Shown here: positions 20,530-30,456 of the stretch, one piece after another
How positions within the stretch are numbered: position 1 is the first letter of the stretch
Layout of the letters: every line of letters starts with the position of its first letter
Assembly: GCA_965214835.1 (NCBI GenBank)
Contig: CBDCCK010000002.1
Span: 576,001-640,000, forward strand
From: Nitrosopumilaceae archaeon
GTDB taxonomy: Archaea > Thermoproteota > Nitrososphaeria > Nitrososphaerales > Nitrosopumilaceae
DNA length: 64,000 nucleotides
Reading direction: 5' to 3'
Made by a program: the position numbers and the translations under genes
The notes under the pieces: generated by a model
What the model saw: only the letters and a program-made list of their open reading frames with translations
Told to the model about the DNA's origin: nothing
Databases searched by the model: none

Positions 20530-21819
20530 GTGAACCTGATACCAGACAGGACGTTGAAGGTAAACGTACTAGGTGCTGCAAACGAGGTAGGCAGGTCCGG
20601 CTTTTTGGTCAAGGACAAGGGCACGAACCTGCTGCTAGACTATGGCGTGCTGTTTGCAAGGAGGGGGGCCCCCCCAAAATATCCGCTGCATGTCAAGCCA
20701 AGAGACGTGGACTCTATCGTCATCACGCATGCCCACCTGGATCACTCTGGAAACGTCCCATCGCTGTTTGTCAGCGGCAGCACCCCCGTCTATGCGACCC
20801 CCCCGACACTTGACCTGAGCCAGCTGCTCATTGAGGACATGATCAAGATTGAAAAGAACTTTCATTCGTTTGATCTGCCGGAGGTAAACAACATGATGAG
20901 GAATTCAAAACCGATTGGTTTCGGGGAGAGGGTCAGGCGGGGCTCGATGTCCTTTGAGCTGAGGGAGTCAGGACACGTACTAGGCGGCAGCTCGGTGCTA
21001 GTCGAGTCCGAAGGAAGAAGGCTATTCTATACGGGGGACATCCATGTCAGGGGATCAAGAATGCTGAGGGAGGCAGACCTGGACGTGGGTGAGATCGACC
21101 TGCTGATTACAGAGAGCACCTACTCGCAGACAAAGCAGCCGCCCAGGGAGGAATCAGAGAGGGGCCTGATTGAGTTTGCAAACGAGGTGATGGACAGAAA
21201 GGGAATTCTGTTTGTCCCGTCGTTTTCGGTGGAGAGATCCCAGGAGATTGCCTGCATACTCAAGAACGCGAACTTTAAGCACAGGGTGTACATGGACGGG
21301 ATGGCACTGAAGGTAAATGACATCATGTTCAAGCACCCGCGGTACCTGAGGGATTCGAAGGTCTTTGCAGACGCGATCAAGGACTCCGTTGCAATCAGGA
21401 ATGACAAACAGCGCAAGAGATCCGTTGATGAGCCGTGCGTGATAATCTCGCCTGCAGGGATGCTTGTGGGTGGAAACGCGGTATTCTTCCTGCAACAGCT
21501 GGCGTTTGATAAGAAAAACGGAATCGCGCTGGTCTCGTACCAGGGGGAGGGAACGCCGGGCAAGATGCTACTTGATACGGGCAAGGTGGTGACCAAGGGA
21601 AAGGAGCGCAGGGCGGCAGCCGAGGTAAAGCAGTTCCAGTTTTCCGGACACTCGGACAGGACGGAGCTATTCGAGATGATAAGGTCAGTCAAGGGCAGTC
21701 CCAAGGTGCTCACGGTCCACGGGGATTCAGAGTCATGCACCAGGTTTGCAGAGGAAATCCATGAAAGGTTTGGCCTGGAGGCCCGCGCACCCAAGGTAAA
21801 CGAGACAGTAGCAGTCTGA
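20530..21819 (+). CDS. MBL-fold beta-CASP ribonuclease (aCPSF2-like)
   Basis: EVGRS, THAHLDH, GHVLG, YTGD, ESTY, FSGH, VHGD. Confidence 0.9.
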   Translation: MNLIPDRTLKVNVLGAANEVGRSGFLVKDKGTNLLLDYGVLFARRGAPPKYPLHVKPRDVDSIVITHAHLDHSGNVPSLFVSGSTPVYATPPTLDLSQLLIEDMIKIEKNFHSFDLPEVNNMMRNSKPIGFGERVRRGSMSFELRESGHVLGGSSVLVESEGRRLFYTGDIHVRGSRMLREADLDVGEIDLLITESTYSQTKQPPREESERGLIEFANEVMDRKGILFVPSFSVERSQEIACILKNANFKHRVYMDGMALKVNDIMFKHPRYLRDSKVFADAIKDSVAIRNDKQRKRSVDEPCVIISPAGMLVGGNAVFFLQQLAFDKKNGIALVSYQGEGTPGKMLLDTGKVVTKGKERRAAAEVKQFQFSGHSDRTELFEMIRSVKGSPKVLTVHGDSESCTRFAEEIHERFGLEARAPKVNETVAV

Positions 21820-21820
21820 G

Positions 21821-22651
21821 ATGCCCGAGGAGATCGACGTTTCGGATTCGGTGAACAGCGGCCAGGTATTCTTGTGGAAAAACGAGCGAGGCATCTGGCG
21901 CGGGATCAACGGGGGCGATGTGCTGGAGGCAGGCCAGGATGAGCCGTCGCTTGACGAGAGGGGCAGGGAGTTTTTCAGGCTGGATGACGACTATGAGGGG
22001 ATTCTAAGGGACATATCAAGGGATGGGCTGATCAGGAAAAGCGTAAGGAGGTACCGGGGCCTGCGGCTGCTGCGGCAGGATCCGTTTCAGTGCTACATAT
22101 CATTTATCGTATCGTCCAACTCCAACATACCAAACATCAGGACAAGGCTGGAGAGGCTGTGCAAAAAGTTCGGAAAAAGGGTCAGGATACGGCAGGACGG
22201 GTTTCATGTATTTCCAAGTCCGAGGAGGCTGGCCGGGGCATCCCAGGCAGAACTGCTAGAATGCGGGCTGGGATACAGGGCCGGGTTTGTAAAGGCCGCA
22301 TCAGAGAAGGTCCTTGAAAAACAAATCGATTTAGAGGATCTTGGAAAATCAGGATATCGGGAGGCAAGGGATGCACTGACTGCGGTTCCGGGGATAGGTG
22401 GCAAGGTGGCAGACTGCATCATGCTGTTCTCACTGGAGAAGCTAGACGCCTTTCCTCTGGATACCTGGATTCTAAAGGCCCTGAACAGGCACTACTCGGA
22501 AAGGTTCTCACTTGGCGGGAAAAGCCTGACTGCCAAGAGATACGAGGCAGTCCACGACGAAGTCGTCAGTCATTTTGGGGAATATTGCGGGTACTCGCAG
22601 CAGTTTTTGTTCAAGATGATGCGGGATCAAAGCCAGAGGAGATGGATGTGA
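21821..22651 (+). CDS. 8-oxoguanine DNA glycosylase (OGG1-like HhH-GPD)
   Basis: SGQVF, LRQDP, SSNSNI, GLGYRA, PGIGGKVADC, FPLD. Confidence 0.88.
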   Translation: MPEEIDVSDSVNSGQVFLWKNERGIWRGINGGDVLEAGQDEPSLDERGREFFRLDDDYEGILRDISRDGLIRKSVRRYRGLRLLRQDPFQCYISFIVSSNSNIPNIRTRLERLCKKFGKRVRIRQDGFHVFPSPRRLAGASQAELLECGLGYRAGFVKAASEKVLEKQIDLEDLGKSGYREARDALTAVPGIGGKVADCIMLFSLEKLDAFPLDTWILKALNRHYSERFSLGGKSLTAKRYEAVHDEVVSHFGEYCGYSQQFLFKMMRDQSQRRWM

Positions 22652-23406
22652 TTCATCAACCATGTGAGGGGACCCTGTAGTGCATACAGCTGAAAATATA
22701 GTCTACTGCACAGCTCCGACTAGAGACCAGTAGATCCGCCCGTATCATGGCCGGTGCGCGGCTCCTACACGGCAGCCACCTCCCCTTCGATCCACTCGTC
22801 GTACAGCCGCATCCTCAACTCTGCCTCATGCACCATGCTTGTAAAGCCAGCTCGGGGGATGCTCTGAGGTACCTGTGTGTGATCTCAGGAGGCAGGAGAG
22901 CCTGCGGTGCCCCAAGAGCACGTCCGGCTGCGGCAGGAGGTGGCTCGCCGAGGTCGTGATGGTTCTCGAGTGGGCCAGCATGCCCCACTCACCGCCGCCG
23001 CCCTTGCCATCGGCAGTACAGTTTACCTGAAGGCGCACGTGTGGCTTTCGCGCTTGCTGTACTCCGACGTTGTAAAGCCATCTTTGCTTGCTGGCCAGCC
23101 ATGAAAGCCGCAGTCATGCATGCTAATTCGTGCCTGATTGGTATGGACAGGTGGCCTCGGGAGGCCCGTATTGTTTTCATTCTGCCTTCTATTCTAGCTG
23201 GCAGGTTCAGGCTCCAATCCCAACGGCGATAAAGACTCGTTTGAAAAATTCTGCTGCCCGGCAAGCTTGATTTTTGCAGCTCCGTCACCAACGGCTGGCT
23301 GCATCCTTTTGGCAGCAGGACGTCTAGAGAACCAAGCAGTCCCCCAAGGAGGCCTGGCCTTTTGCGGCGTCCTTACATTGCTCGTAATAGGTTAGCCCCT
23401 GCCTAG

Positions 23407-25089
23407 TTGATTTTTTCTGACCACCTGATCTATAAACTATCATTACCCGGGAAATACATGCCTACAGCCTCGGAATTCAAGGAACTATGCAATGAGCTTG
23501 CCCGCGAAAAAGCGGAACTTCAGAAGGAGCAGAAGGAACATCAGAGGACGCAAGGCAAGCTTCAGAAGGAGCAGAAGGAACATCAGAGGACGCAAGGCAA
23601 GCTTCAGAAGGAGCAGAAGGAACATCAGAGGACGCAAGGCAAGCTTCAGAAGGAGCAGAAGGAACATCAGAGGACGCAAGGCAAGCTTCAGAAGGAGCAG
23701 AAGGAACATCAGAGGACACGGGAGGAGCTTGCCGCTGAGAAGGCGGGACGCAAATCTGACAATGCCGTCTCTGCCGCGCAAATCGCGACGCAGACAGCAC
23801 AAATCAAGCAGTTCAAACAACGCATCACATATTATGAGAACCCGCACAGCCCCTCCTCGCAGAACTCGATTCCGACCAGGCAGAAAAAGGTAGCAGCCGC
23901 GGCAGGGGCATCTGGAAGGGCACCGGCAAGGCCGGGCCGCAGGCCCGGACACGAGGGCATATCACACAGGAGAACACCGACCCGGGAAATGAACCACGTG
24001 CCTGACATGTGCGGCGCGTGCAACGGGCGCGACCTGACAGATCCGGTTCCCGCCGGAACTAGGATGGCTACTGACATTCCAGAGATCCCAGAGCCGGTCA
24101 CGACCCAGCACTACTTTACCCGCCGCAAGTGCCGCAAGTGCGGCGCCACCACCACGACAAACGGGGGCGGGCTGGTCGTTCCGGGCACCGAGTTTGGACC
24201 CAACATTGCCTCCTATATCGGCACCCTGTACACCATGCCGGCATCCGTCGGCACGATCAGGCGCATCGTAAAGGAGATCTTTAAAATTGATGTAAGCAAG
24301 GCGATGATACAGAACTGCCTCAAGACCGTTACAAAGAAGCTTGATCCGTGCGTGGAGGACATCAAAAAAGACATTGCAGGATGCAACCACGTCCACATGG
24401 ACGAGACTGGGATGCCATACGACGGCAAGAGCGGCTACCTGTGGGTGGCAGTGGGCGTCAAGGACGGCAATGCCGTCGGCGCGCACATGGTGGCAACTGA
24501 CAGCAGGAGGGCATCCGTACTGGATGAGCACTTTTCATACGTGCCCAGAGTCGGGGTGACTGACGGATACCCCGGATACGACAAGTTCTTTGGCAGGAAC
24601 AGGCAGCGGTGCTGGGCCCACATAATCCGGGAGGCAGATGCCCAAAGCGAGAAAACGGACTCCCCGGAGGTTCGCGCCGCAGGCGAGCGCCTCAAGTGGC
24701 AGATGCATTGCGCCAAGGGGCCGGGGCCGCCGGAGGAGGCTGCCAGGCAGCACGACAGTCGGGTGGCAGAAACACGCGAGATTGCCGCCACATACAGGAA
24801 GGAAGGATGTGACAGCTGTGCCACAAAGATTGACAACGCCTCGGAGTTTCTCTACACGTTTACGACGCGTCCTGGGATGGATCCCACCAACAACCTGGCA
24901 GAGCGCACGCTGAGGCCCGGCGTGATCGCGCGCAAGATACGGTTCGGACTGCGGACAAAAGACGGACAGAAGATGTTCGGTAACATGTTGACGTGCATCG
25001 AGACATGGCGCCTCCGGGGGTGCAACGTTACGGACATGATCAGGGACGCGCTGGTCAGAAACCCCGGGTACGTGGTCGTCTGCCCCTAG
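23407..25089 (+). CDS. tnp: IS66 transposase (likely start ATG at 23458)
   Basis: Zn finger CxxC, HMDET, TDGYPGY, QRCWAH, PTNNLAER. Confidence 0.93.
   Translation: MIFSDHLIYKLSLPGKYMPTASEFKELCNELAREKAELQKEQKEHQRTQGKLQKEQKEHQRTQGKLQKEQKEHQRTQGKLQKEQKEHQRTQGKLQKEQKEHQRTREELAAEKAGRKSDNAVSAAQIATQTAQIKQFKQRITYYENPHSPSSQNSIPTRQKKVAAAAGASGRAPARPGRRPGHEGISHRRTPTREMNHVPDMCGACNGRDLTDPVPAGTRMATDIPEIPEPVTTQHYFTRRKCRKCGATTTTNGGGLVVPGTEFGPNIASYIGTLYTMPASVGTIRRIVKEIFKIDVSKAMIQNCLKTVTKKLDPCVEDIKKDIAGCNHVHMDETGMPYDGKSGYLWVAVGVKDGNAVGAHMVATDSRRASVLDEHFSYVPRVGVTDGYPGYDKFFGRNRQRCWAHIIREADAQSEKTDSPEVRAAGERLKWQMHCAKGPGPPEEAARQHDSRVAETREIAATYRKEGCDSCATKIDNASEFLYTFTTRPGMDPTNNLAERTLRPGVIARKIRFGLRTKDGQKMFGNMLTCIETWRLRGCNVTDMIRDALVRNPGYVVVCP
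23518..23717 (+). repeat. 42-bp tandem repeat (about 4.8 copies) encoding LQKEQKEHQRTQGK
   Basis: cttcagaaggagcagaaggaacatcagaggacgcaaggcaag repeated identically. Confidence 0.95.
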
Positions 25090-25225
25090 CAATCCTGCAC
25101 TAATCTGCCTGCAGTTGTGATTTTCATGCCTGAAAAGACGGTGGGTGTGACTTTAACTCTAGGCAGGGGCTAACCTATTACCATTGCTCTAAACCCTTAA
25201 AATGGCAGAGGCTTTCCCGATTCTT

Positions 25226-25300
25226 GGGCCCGTAGCTCAGCATGGATAGAGTGTTGGACTTCTAATCCAATGGTCAAGGGATCGAAGCCCTCCGGGCCCG
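25226..25300 (+). tRNA. tRNA-Arg(TCT)
   Basis: GGGCCCG acceptor, TTGGA-CT-TCT-AA-TCCAA arm, CCA follows; TTAAAA promoter upstream. Confidence 0.93.
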
Positions 25301-25394
25301 CCACCCACAAGTGACGAATACCGTGGTACGACAACCCTGCATGGGCAAGCCCCACAGCTTCAGACGCAGTCCGAGCATAAAAAAAGAATAACCT

Positions 25395-25504
25395 GTAGCA
25401 GCTCGGGCTTGAAGTGGCTTGCGATTTTAGGCACAAATTACATCTGCGAATGCTGGCTTTGGCGGTAAGGTTCACGCCTGAGCTTCCAGAGTCCGGCCTG
25501 CTAC
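25395..25504. mobile_element. MITE family A, diverged copy
   Basis: gtagcagctcgggc ... ccggcctgctac; internal match to 34013 copy. Confidence 0.75.
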
Positions 25505-25855
25505 CTTTTGTCCCGCTTCCAACCGGTGATCGGAACTATAGCGACGGTTACAGGTTTTTGAGTACATGCGGGTATAAACTACGCAGGATGCGCTTTTTGA
25601 TGATCAAGGACTTTCAATCGTCCCCTCCAGCGCCAGGTACATGTCCAGAAGGTAATGCAGGAGGCACTTTTGGCGCATGCAGCCTGATGTGGTTCCGCCA
25701 TTATTTGGCATAGACACTATGCTAGGATCGGCAGGATGCGTCCTGAGACATTCTGACGGCGTACGCCTCGCCGCTGCAGGCGCAACATTATACTGAGATC
25801 CCCTCACGCCCGTTTTTTGACAAAACTATTATGCCTAACAGTGCAGCTGCAGTCC

Positions 25856-26209
25856 ATGGGGGACATAGAGCTGGTGTTTGACTCTAGGGAGTTCAGGCCA
25901 AATACGGAGATCGTCGGCAGGGTTACGGTAGGCTTTCCGGGCAGGTACGACGGAGTGGTCATAAACTCCCAGATTCTGGACTCCAACGAGCTGATTACGT
26001 TCAAGGCCTACAACGGCAGGAGGATCTCCCGCAACGTGGCAAGGCTGTTTGTAGGCAGGGATGCCATGCCCGGCGGTGTCGTAGAGTTCACGTCGGCCTT
26101 TGAGTTCGAGCCGGAGGGGGAGCTGGAGGTCAAGTTCAGGGCATCCATAATAGAGCAGCACAAGGAGATCGAGAGCGCCGTCGTCTTTGGCAGGCTCCTA
26201 CCCTCTTGA
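25856..26209 (+). CDS. Hypothetical protein (beta-sandwich-like)
   Basis: ORF with host-like codon usage; ATG at 25856. Confidence 0.7.
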   Translation: MGDIELVFDSREFRPNTEIVGRVTVGFPGRYDGVVINSQILDSNELITFKAYNGRRISRNVARLFVGRDAMPGGVVEFTSAFEFEPEGELEVKFRASIIEQHKEIESAVVFGRLLPS

Positions 26210-26665
26210 CTTTGTTATGGTAAGGGTTCCAGTCATCCACGGGTGCGGATCGCAGTGGTAGGGAATCACGCTCTCCTCGGTAAACAGGAACTCGTACTTC
26301 TCGCCGGCCAGCACCACCCCGTGGGAGCCGAACTCCCCGCTGTAGCCGTCCTTGTGCCTGTGATCGGGCGTGACGGTATGCGGGGTGCTGTCGTCGTTTA
26401 TCCACACCACGAGGTTGTTCTTGGTAAGCTCGATGTTGGGAAGCTTTGGCAGAAAGTTGTCCGCCTGGTTCGGATCGCCGGAGCCCATGATCATGATGAT
26501 CTCGGTCTTCCCCACAGGGTGTAAAATGTGCTCGCTTACCGACGGCTTTTCAAGGGACTCGGGCAGGTAAAACATCTGGTAGAAGACTATGCCGGCGCCG
26601 ACGGCTACAATTACGGCCAGAATTCCGACGCCGTACGCGTGGGTAGAGGTTTGCGCGGCACTCAT
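26198..26665 (-). CDS. Membrane-anchored plastocyanin/azurin-like blue copper protein (complex III partner)
   Basis: PHTVT and YHCDPHPWM copper ligands; downstream of petB. Confidence 0.9.
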   Translation of the reverse strand: MSAAQTSTHAYGVGILAVIVAVGAGIVFYQMFYLPESLEKPSVSEHILHPVGKTEIIMIMGSGDPNQADNFLPKLPNIELTKNNLVVWINDDSTPHTVTPDHRHKDGYSGEFGSHGVVLAGEKYEFLFTEESVIPYHCDPHPWMTGTLTITKSRG

Positions 26666-26716
26666 CTACCCCAAGACCCCTGTCCGCGTTTTATTAGTTT
26701 TGTTCAACTGTACTCC

Positions 26717-28282
26717 CTACGGCTTTGGCAGGTCGTCGGATCCAAGGCTTTGGCCCTGCTTGGGATCCAGGTCGGCCTTGAGCTGCGGCGCAGGCACCTC
26801 CTGTGGAAGTCCCTTGGGGGCCTCGCGGCCCGAGTCGCCTGGCAGTGCGGCCTCCTCGACGGCGGGCTCCTCAATCTCGATCGGCCTTTCGTCTGAGACG
26901 ACGACAGGGGGCGGCGGGGGCGCCTCCTTTGATTTTGCCATGGCGTACCTGTACACGTGGAACATGGATGCAAATACGATCAGTACCAGCCCGATGAAGA
27001 ACAGTGACAGGTTGTTCATTCCGGTCAGTGCCGCGTTGTATGCCGCAATGTTGAGGAACACTTGGAATGCAATCAGGGCTATGATTACCCAGTTGGTCCA
27101 CTTTTCTGAGAGGTTTATGGTGGCAACCTTGTTGGGGCCGCTGGCCTTTGCCAGCTTTGCCTTTCGTTCTGCCTCCTTGGACATCTTGATCATCATATAG
27201 CTGAACCCGAATCCGACGGGCACCAGCAGCAGCATGACCGAGTACAGGAACACCGGATCGATCACGAGGCGCTGCACCAGCGGCATCGTGGTATCCGGCG
27301 AGATATAAAAGCCCCAGTACGTGGTGACCATCACCTGGGAGATTCCCGTGATTCCAAAGGCCGTGATTATCGGCCTGTCGCGCCAGGAGAACTTTTTGTA
27401 CCTGTCCAGGAACGGGGTCAGCAGCAGGGCTATGATGAATATCAGCGGCCAGAGCATGCCCGTGACGAACTTGTCGTACTGCGTCCGCATGAACGCGTAG
27501 ATTCCCGTCAGGTACCACTCGGGCACGGTGATCCCGGGCGGGATGTTGGGATCGAACTTGAATCCCATGTCTATGGGGAATACGCCGCCGGTGATCAGGA
27601 TGGCGCCGCTGATGGCCATGACCATGGGTACGTCAAACACCAGGAACCTCGGAAAGTGTACAGCCATGAGCCCCAGCATGACAAGCGGCAAAAGGAACAC
27701 GTGCTGGGCGTAGAACCTGAGCACAAAGTCCGAGAACCCGTTTCCGAACATCGCATCGCGCATCAGCGGCCCGACCACGGGCATGGAGTTGGTAAGCGAG
27801 GCCGCTATGCTGATTGCCAGCTGCGCCCTCTCGCTGAATATCACGTCGTATCCGGTAAAGGCCTCTAGTATGGTCACGACCCCGAGTATGACGCCGGTCA
27901 CCCAGAGGATCTCGTTTCTGATCTTGTACCTGCCGCTAAAGTACTGGTAGTACATGTGGAGGACCGCTAGGAGCACCATTGCGTTTGAGCCGTGGTAGTG
28001 GATGTTCCTGATGTGGAACCCGTAGGGGACCTCGTCGTTGATGAACTGGACGCTGTCCCATGCCCTGTCCAAGATGGGCTGGTAGTAGAACATCAGCAGC
28101 GCCCCGGAGATGCCGAGGATCACAAAGACGATGAACGTAAGCATTCCCAGAAAGCCAAACGGGCTGACAAACCTTGCGGGGAACGAGAACTTTATTGCAG
28201 TAAATATTGTCCTGTCTATGCCGTCCCAGACCCACTGGAAGAAGGAGACTGCCCCCGTCCTGTTATTTAAGGAAGCGTCCAT
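26717..28282 (-). CDS. petB: Cytochrome b subunit of bc complex
   Basis: RNIHYHG, LHM, FYAQH heme ligands, PEWY motif. Confidence 0.95.
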   Translation of the reverse strand: MDASLNNRTGAVSFFQWVWDGIDRTIFTAIKFSFPARFVSPFGFLGMLTFIVFVILGISGALLMFYYQPILDRAWDSVQFINDEVPYGFHIRNIHYHGSNAMVLLAVLHMYYQYFSGRYKIRNEILWVTGVILGVVTILEAFTGYDVIFSERAQLAISIAASLTNSMPVVGPLMRDAMFGNGFSDFVLRFYAQHVFLLPLVMLGLMAVHFPRFLVFDVPMVMAISGAILITGGVFPIDMGFKFDPNIPPGITVPEWYLTGIYAFMRTQYDKFVTGMLWPLIFIIALLLTPFLDRYKKFSWRDRPIITAFGITGISQVMVTTYWGFYISPDTTMPLVQRLVIDPVFLYSVMLLLVPVGFGFSYMMIKMSKEAERKAKLAKASGPNKVATINLSEKWTNWVIIALIAFQVFLNIAAYNAALTGMNNLSLFFIGLVLIVFASMFHVYRYAMAKSKEAPPPPPVVVSDERPIEIEEPAVEEAALPGDSGREAPKGLPQEVPAPQLKADLDPKQGQSLGSDDLPKP

Positions 28283-28871
28283 ATCCTATCACTCCGTTGT
28301 TGTGTGGATCCCACTTTGGCGGCAGGATCCACACATAGCCGTCCGAGTCGACCTCGAAGAGCAGTTGCGGCAGCACGTTTGAGGGCTCTGCCTGGACGGA
28401 CGCGGGGCCCTGGGTGGCCCGGCCGTTCAGCGGGTCGTACATGCTCCCGTGGCACGGACACTCGCCCCTCTTGCGGTCATCTGCGGGAATGTACGACCAG
28501 AGGCACCAGAGGTGCAGGCATACCATGCTGTACGCCCTGAACGCCGTCTCGTTTTTTGCAGTGCCCCCCAGCTCGTCGGGAAGCCTGATGAACTGCCATT
28601 TTCTGAATGCCTCGCTGTCCAGCACGCGGTCGCCGGTCTTGGGGTATGTGATGACCTCGGCATTGTTTGTAGGAAATGTGTTGACATTTGCCTGTGTGCC
28701 GTCGGGCAGCTCGACGGGAACCTTCTCCAGCGAGGCCCCGCTGGGATTTGGCATGAAATTCCCAAACGGGACAAACGGCGCAAAGGCCAGCCCGGTTCCG
28801 GCAGCGCCCATCAGCTTTAGAAAGTCTCGTCTGGACAAATTACTAGCCTTTGGGCTACCCTGCTCCGACAT
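28263..28871 (-). CDS. petC: Rieske Fe-S protein with Tat signal
   Basis: SRRDFLK; CLHLWC and CPCHGS boxes. Confidence 0.95.
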   Translation of the reverse strand: MSEQGSPKASNLSRRDFLKLMGAAGTGLAFAPFVPFGNFMPNPSGASLEKVPVELPDGTQANVNTFPTNNAEVITYPKTGDRVLDSEAFRKWQFIRLPDELGGTAKNETAFRAYSMVCLHLWCLWSYIPADDRKRGECPCHGSMYDPLNGRATQGPASVQAEPSNVLPQLLFEVDSDGYVWILPPKWDPHNNGVIGYGRFLK

Positions 28872-29452
28872 TCAAGCTCCGTACTCGCCAAATTGTTTAT
28901 AAACCTTGTTTCATTTTTTCGATCCTTCCGGATGCGGCCCGGTGCAGATGGCGATGTGCGGATCTGCATGCGGTCCGGCCTGAGCTGTTTTTAGATGAGC
29001 CGCTTTGCGGGAGGGCACTTTTGGGAAGACTTGTTTTGCAGACGGCCCAAGCAATCATTGAAGACTGTCCCGTCTTTCAGGCAGGCCACAACCCGCAAGC
29101 ACGCTCAATTGATTCCCTGGGATGGGTTCCCTTTCATCGCACCTGCCATAGCAGGCCATCTCCCCGGATTCGGAAAATGCTGCTGCTTGTCTGGGCGGCA
29201 GCTGATCCCGGATCGTCTTTTCCATTCGGGTAATTCTTCAAATAGTTGGGGCAGGCTGTTTGTTTTTGTCTGATCACGTGTGTTATTTTCAAATTCTAGT
29301 GCGAGTCGGCCCTCCCTACTCTGCTAATGCTCATTCATATGGGCTAGACTCACGTTTGGATTCCTCCATCATCTCGCACCCGGCAGCTTTCAGGGATAAA
29401 GCCGAGTTTTGGGAATAAGTTCCATAGTAAAAGACCGCAATCGCGGCTGAAA

Positions 29453-29573
29453 CAGTCTTCCCAGAAGTATCACGTCAAATTATCCCAGGCTCGAAACAGT
29501 TCAAATGAGGCTGCCTGCAGATCCACATGTCGCCTTCTACACCTCCACGAGTAGGTTACTTCTGGGAAGATTG
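29453..29573. mobile_element. Possible MITE (single copy here)
   Basis: Inverted ends cagtcttcccagaagtatc / gttacttctgggaagattg; no clear TSD. Confidence 0.5.
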
Positions 29574-29600
29574 ACAAAACAAGAACGTAAAAATGTTGGT

Positions 29601-30455
29601 TTAAAAGGCGTCGGTTATTTTCTTTTGGCTTTCATACTCTGTGATTAATACCTCACAAATCTTGTCAAGGCTACGTAAGGTGGGTGTGCTGTGATCTCCC
29701 TTTTCTATCTTTAATACCTGCTCGCGGAATTTCCTGCACCTCATGAATATGTTAATCATGACCTCGATTTTTTTTGTTAAGCTACCGCTATGCCTGGAAG
29801 AGATTAGATCGTGTGGATGCATCAATTTGAGAATTTCTGTTGGTGTGGCTGGATCCTTAATCTTAGGTCGTGTTTTGTGTCCCCTCCTTGTCAGGTAGGA
29901 CATCAATCCCCTGAGAATATGTGGAGCTATCACGTAATCCTCATCATCAGGGGAGAACGGATAATACCCTGTGGGTTCCCTCATTCCTTCAAGGGATACA
30001 GGCTCGCATAGTTTTTCGTTTAGTTGTCTTATGCCAAAGTCTCCTTGTCCGCGTATTTCATCCTGACCAAACGTGATGAAAGGAAATCCCGTGTGTGGTT
30101 CAAGCCCCGCATGGTTCGTGTCGTTATCGACATAACATACAACGTGCTTTAACTGATTCGTGTCATGAACTGTCACCCAGTGTCTTAGATCATCAGATTC
30201 CAGCTCCTGATATCTTGCATCCTGTCCATTATCAATATTATCCCCACTTTTGCAATCAGCTACGATTGCATGCAATAACCTGCCAGATACGGCAACAACA
30301 TCAGGGCTTACCTTTTGTGCAGATTTCAAGCTTATAGTTTGCTCTATCAGCTGAACATCGTAACCCAGATCAAAAAGCGTCTTGGGCCACTTTACAGTGT
30401 CCCTACAAAGTCCGATAAGCTTGTTAATCAGTCTTGTATGATCACTTGCAGGCAA
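29601..30455 (-). CDS. Hypothetical protein with PD-(D/E)XK-like motif
   Basis: SPDVVAVS...IVADCKSG; AT-rich; 1 bp from upstream gene. Confidence 0.75.
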   Translation of the reverse strand: MPASDHTRLINKLIGLCRDTVKWPKTLFDLGYDVQLIEQTISLKSAQKVSPDVVAVSGRLLHAIVADCKSGDNIDNGQDARYQELESDDLRHWVTVHDTNQLKHVVCYVDNDTNHAGLEPHTGFPFITFGQDEIRGQGDFGIRQLNEKLCEPVSLEGMREPTGYYPFSPDDEDYVIAPHILRGLMSYLTRRGHKTRPKIKDPATPTEILKLMHPHDLISSRHSGSLTKKIEVMINIFMRCRKFREQVLKIEKGDHSTPTLRSLDKICEVLITEYESQKKITDAF

Positions 30456-30456
30456 T

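Larger units (their letters stand above)
23384..25181 (+). mobile_element. Apparently intact IS66-family element (single ORF)
   Basis: TIR gtaataggttagcccctgcctag / ctaggcaggggctaacctattac; 8-bp TSD CATTGCTC on both sides. Confidence 0.95.

Noticed and set aside
22660-23380. Possible gene remnants between ogg and IS66
   Set aside because: Fragmentary frames with no assignable motif, apart from a weak MITE D-like trace
23518-23717. Possible CRISPR array
   Set aside because: Contiguous 42-bp units without spacers, in frame within a transposase; no cas genes in the window
26198-28871. Complex III lacking cytochrome c1
   Set aside because: Replacement by a blue-copper protein is the known arrangement in ammonia-oxidising archaea
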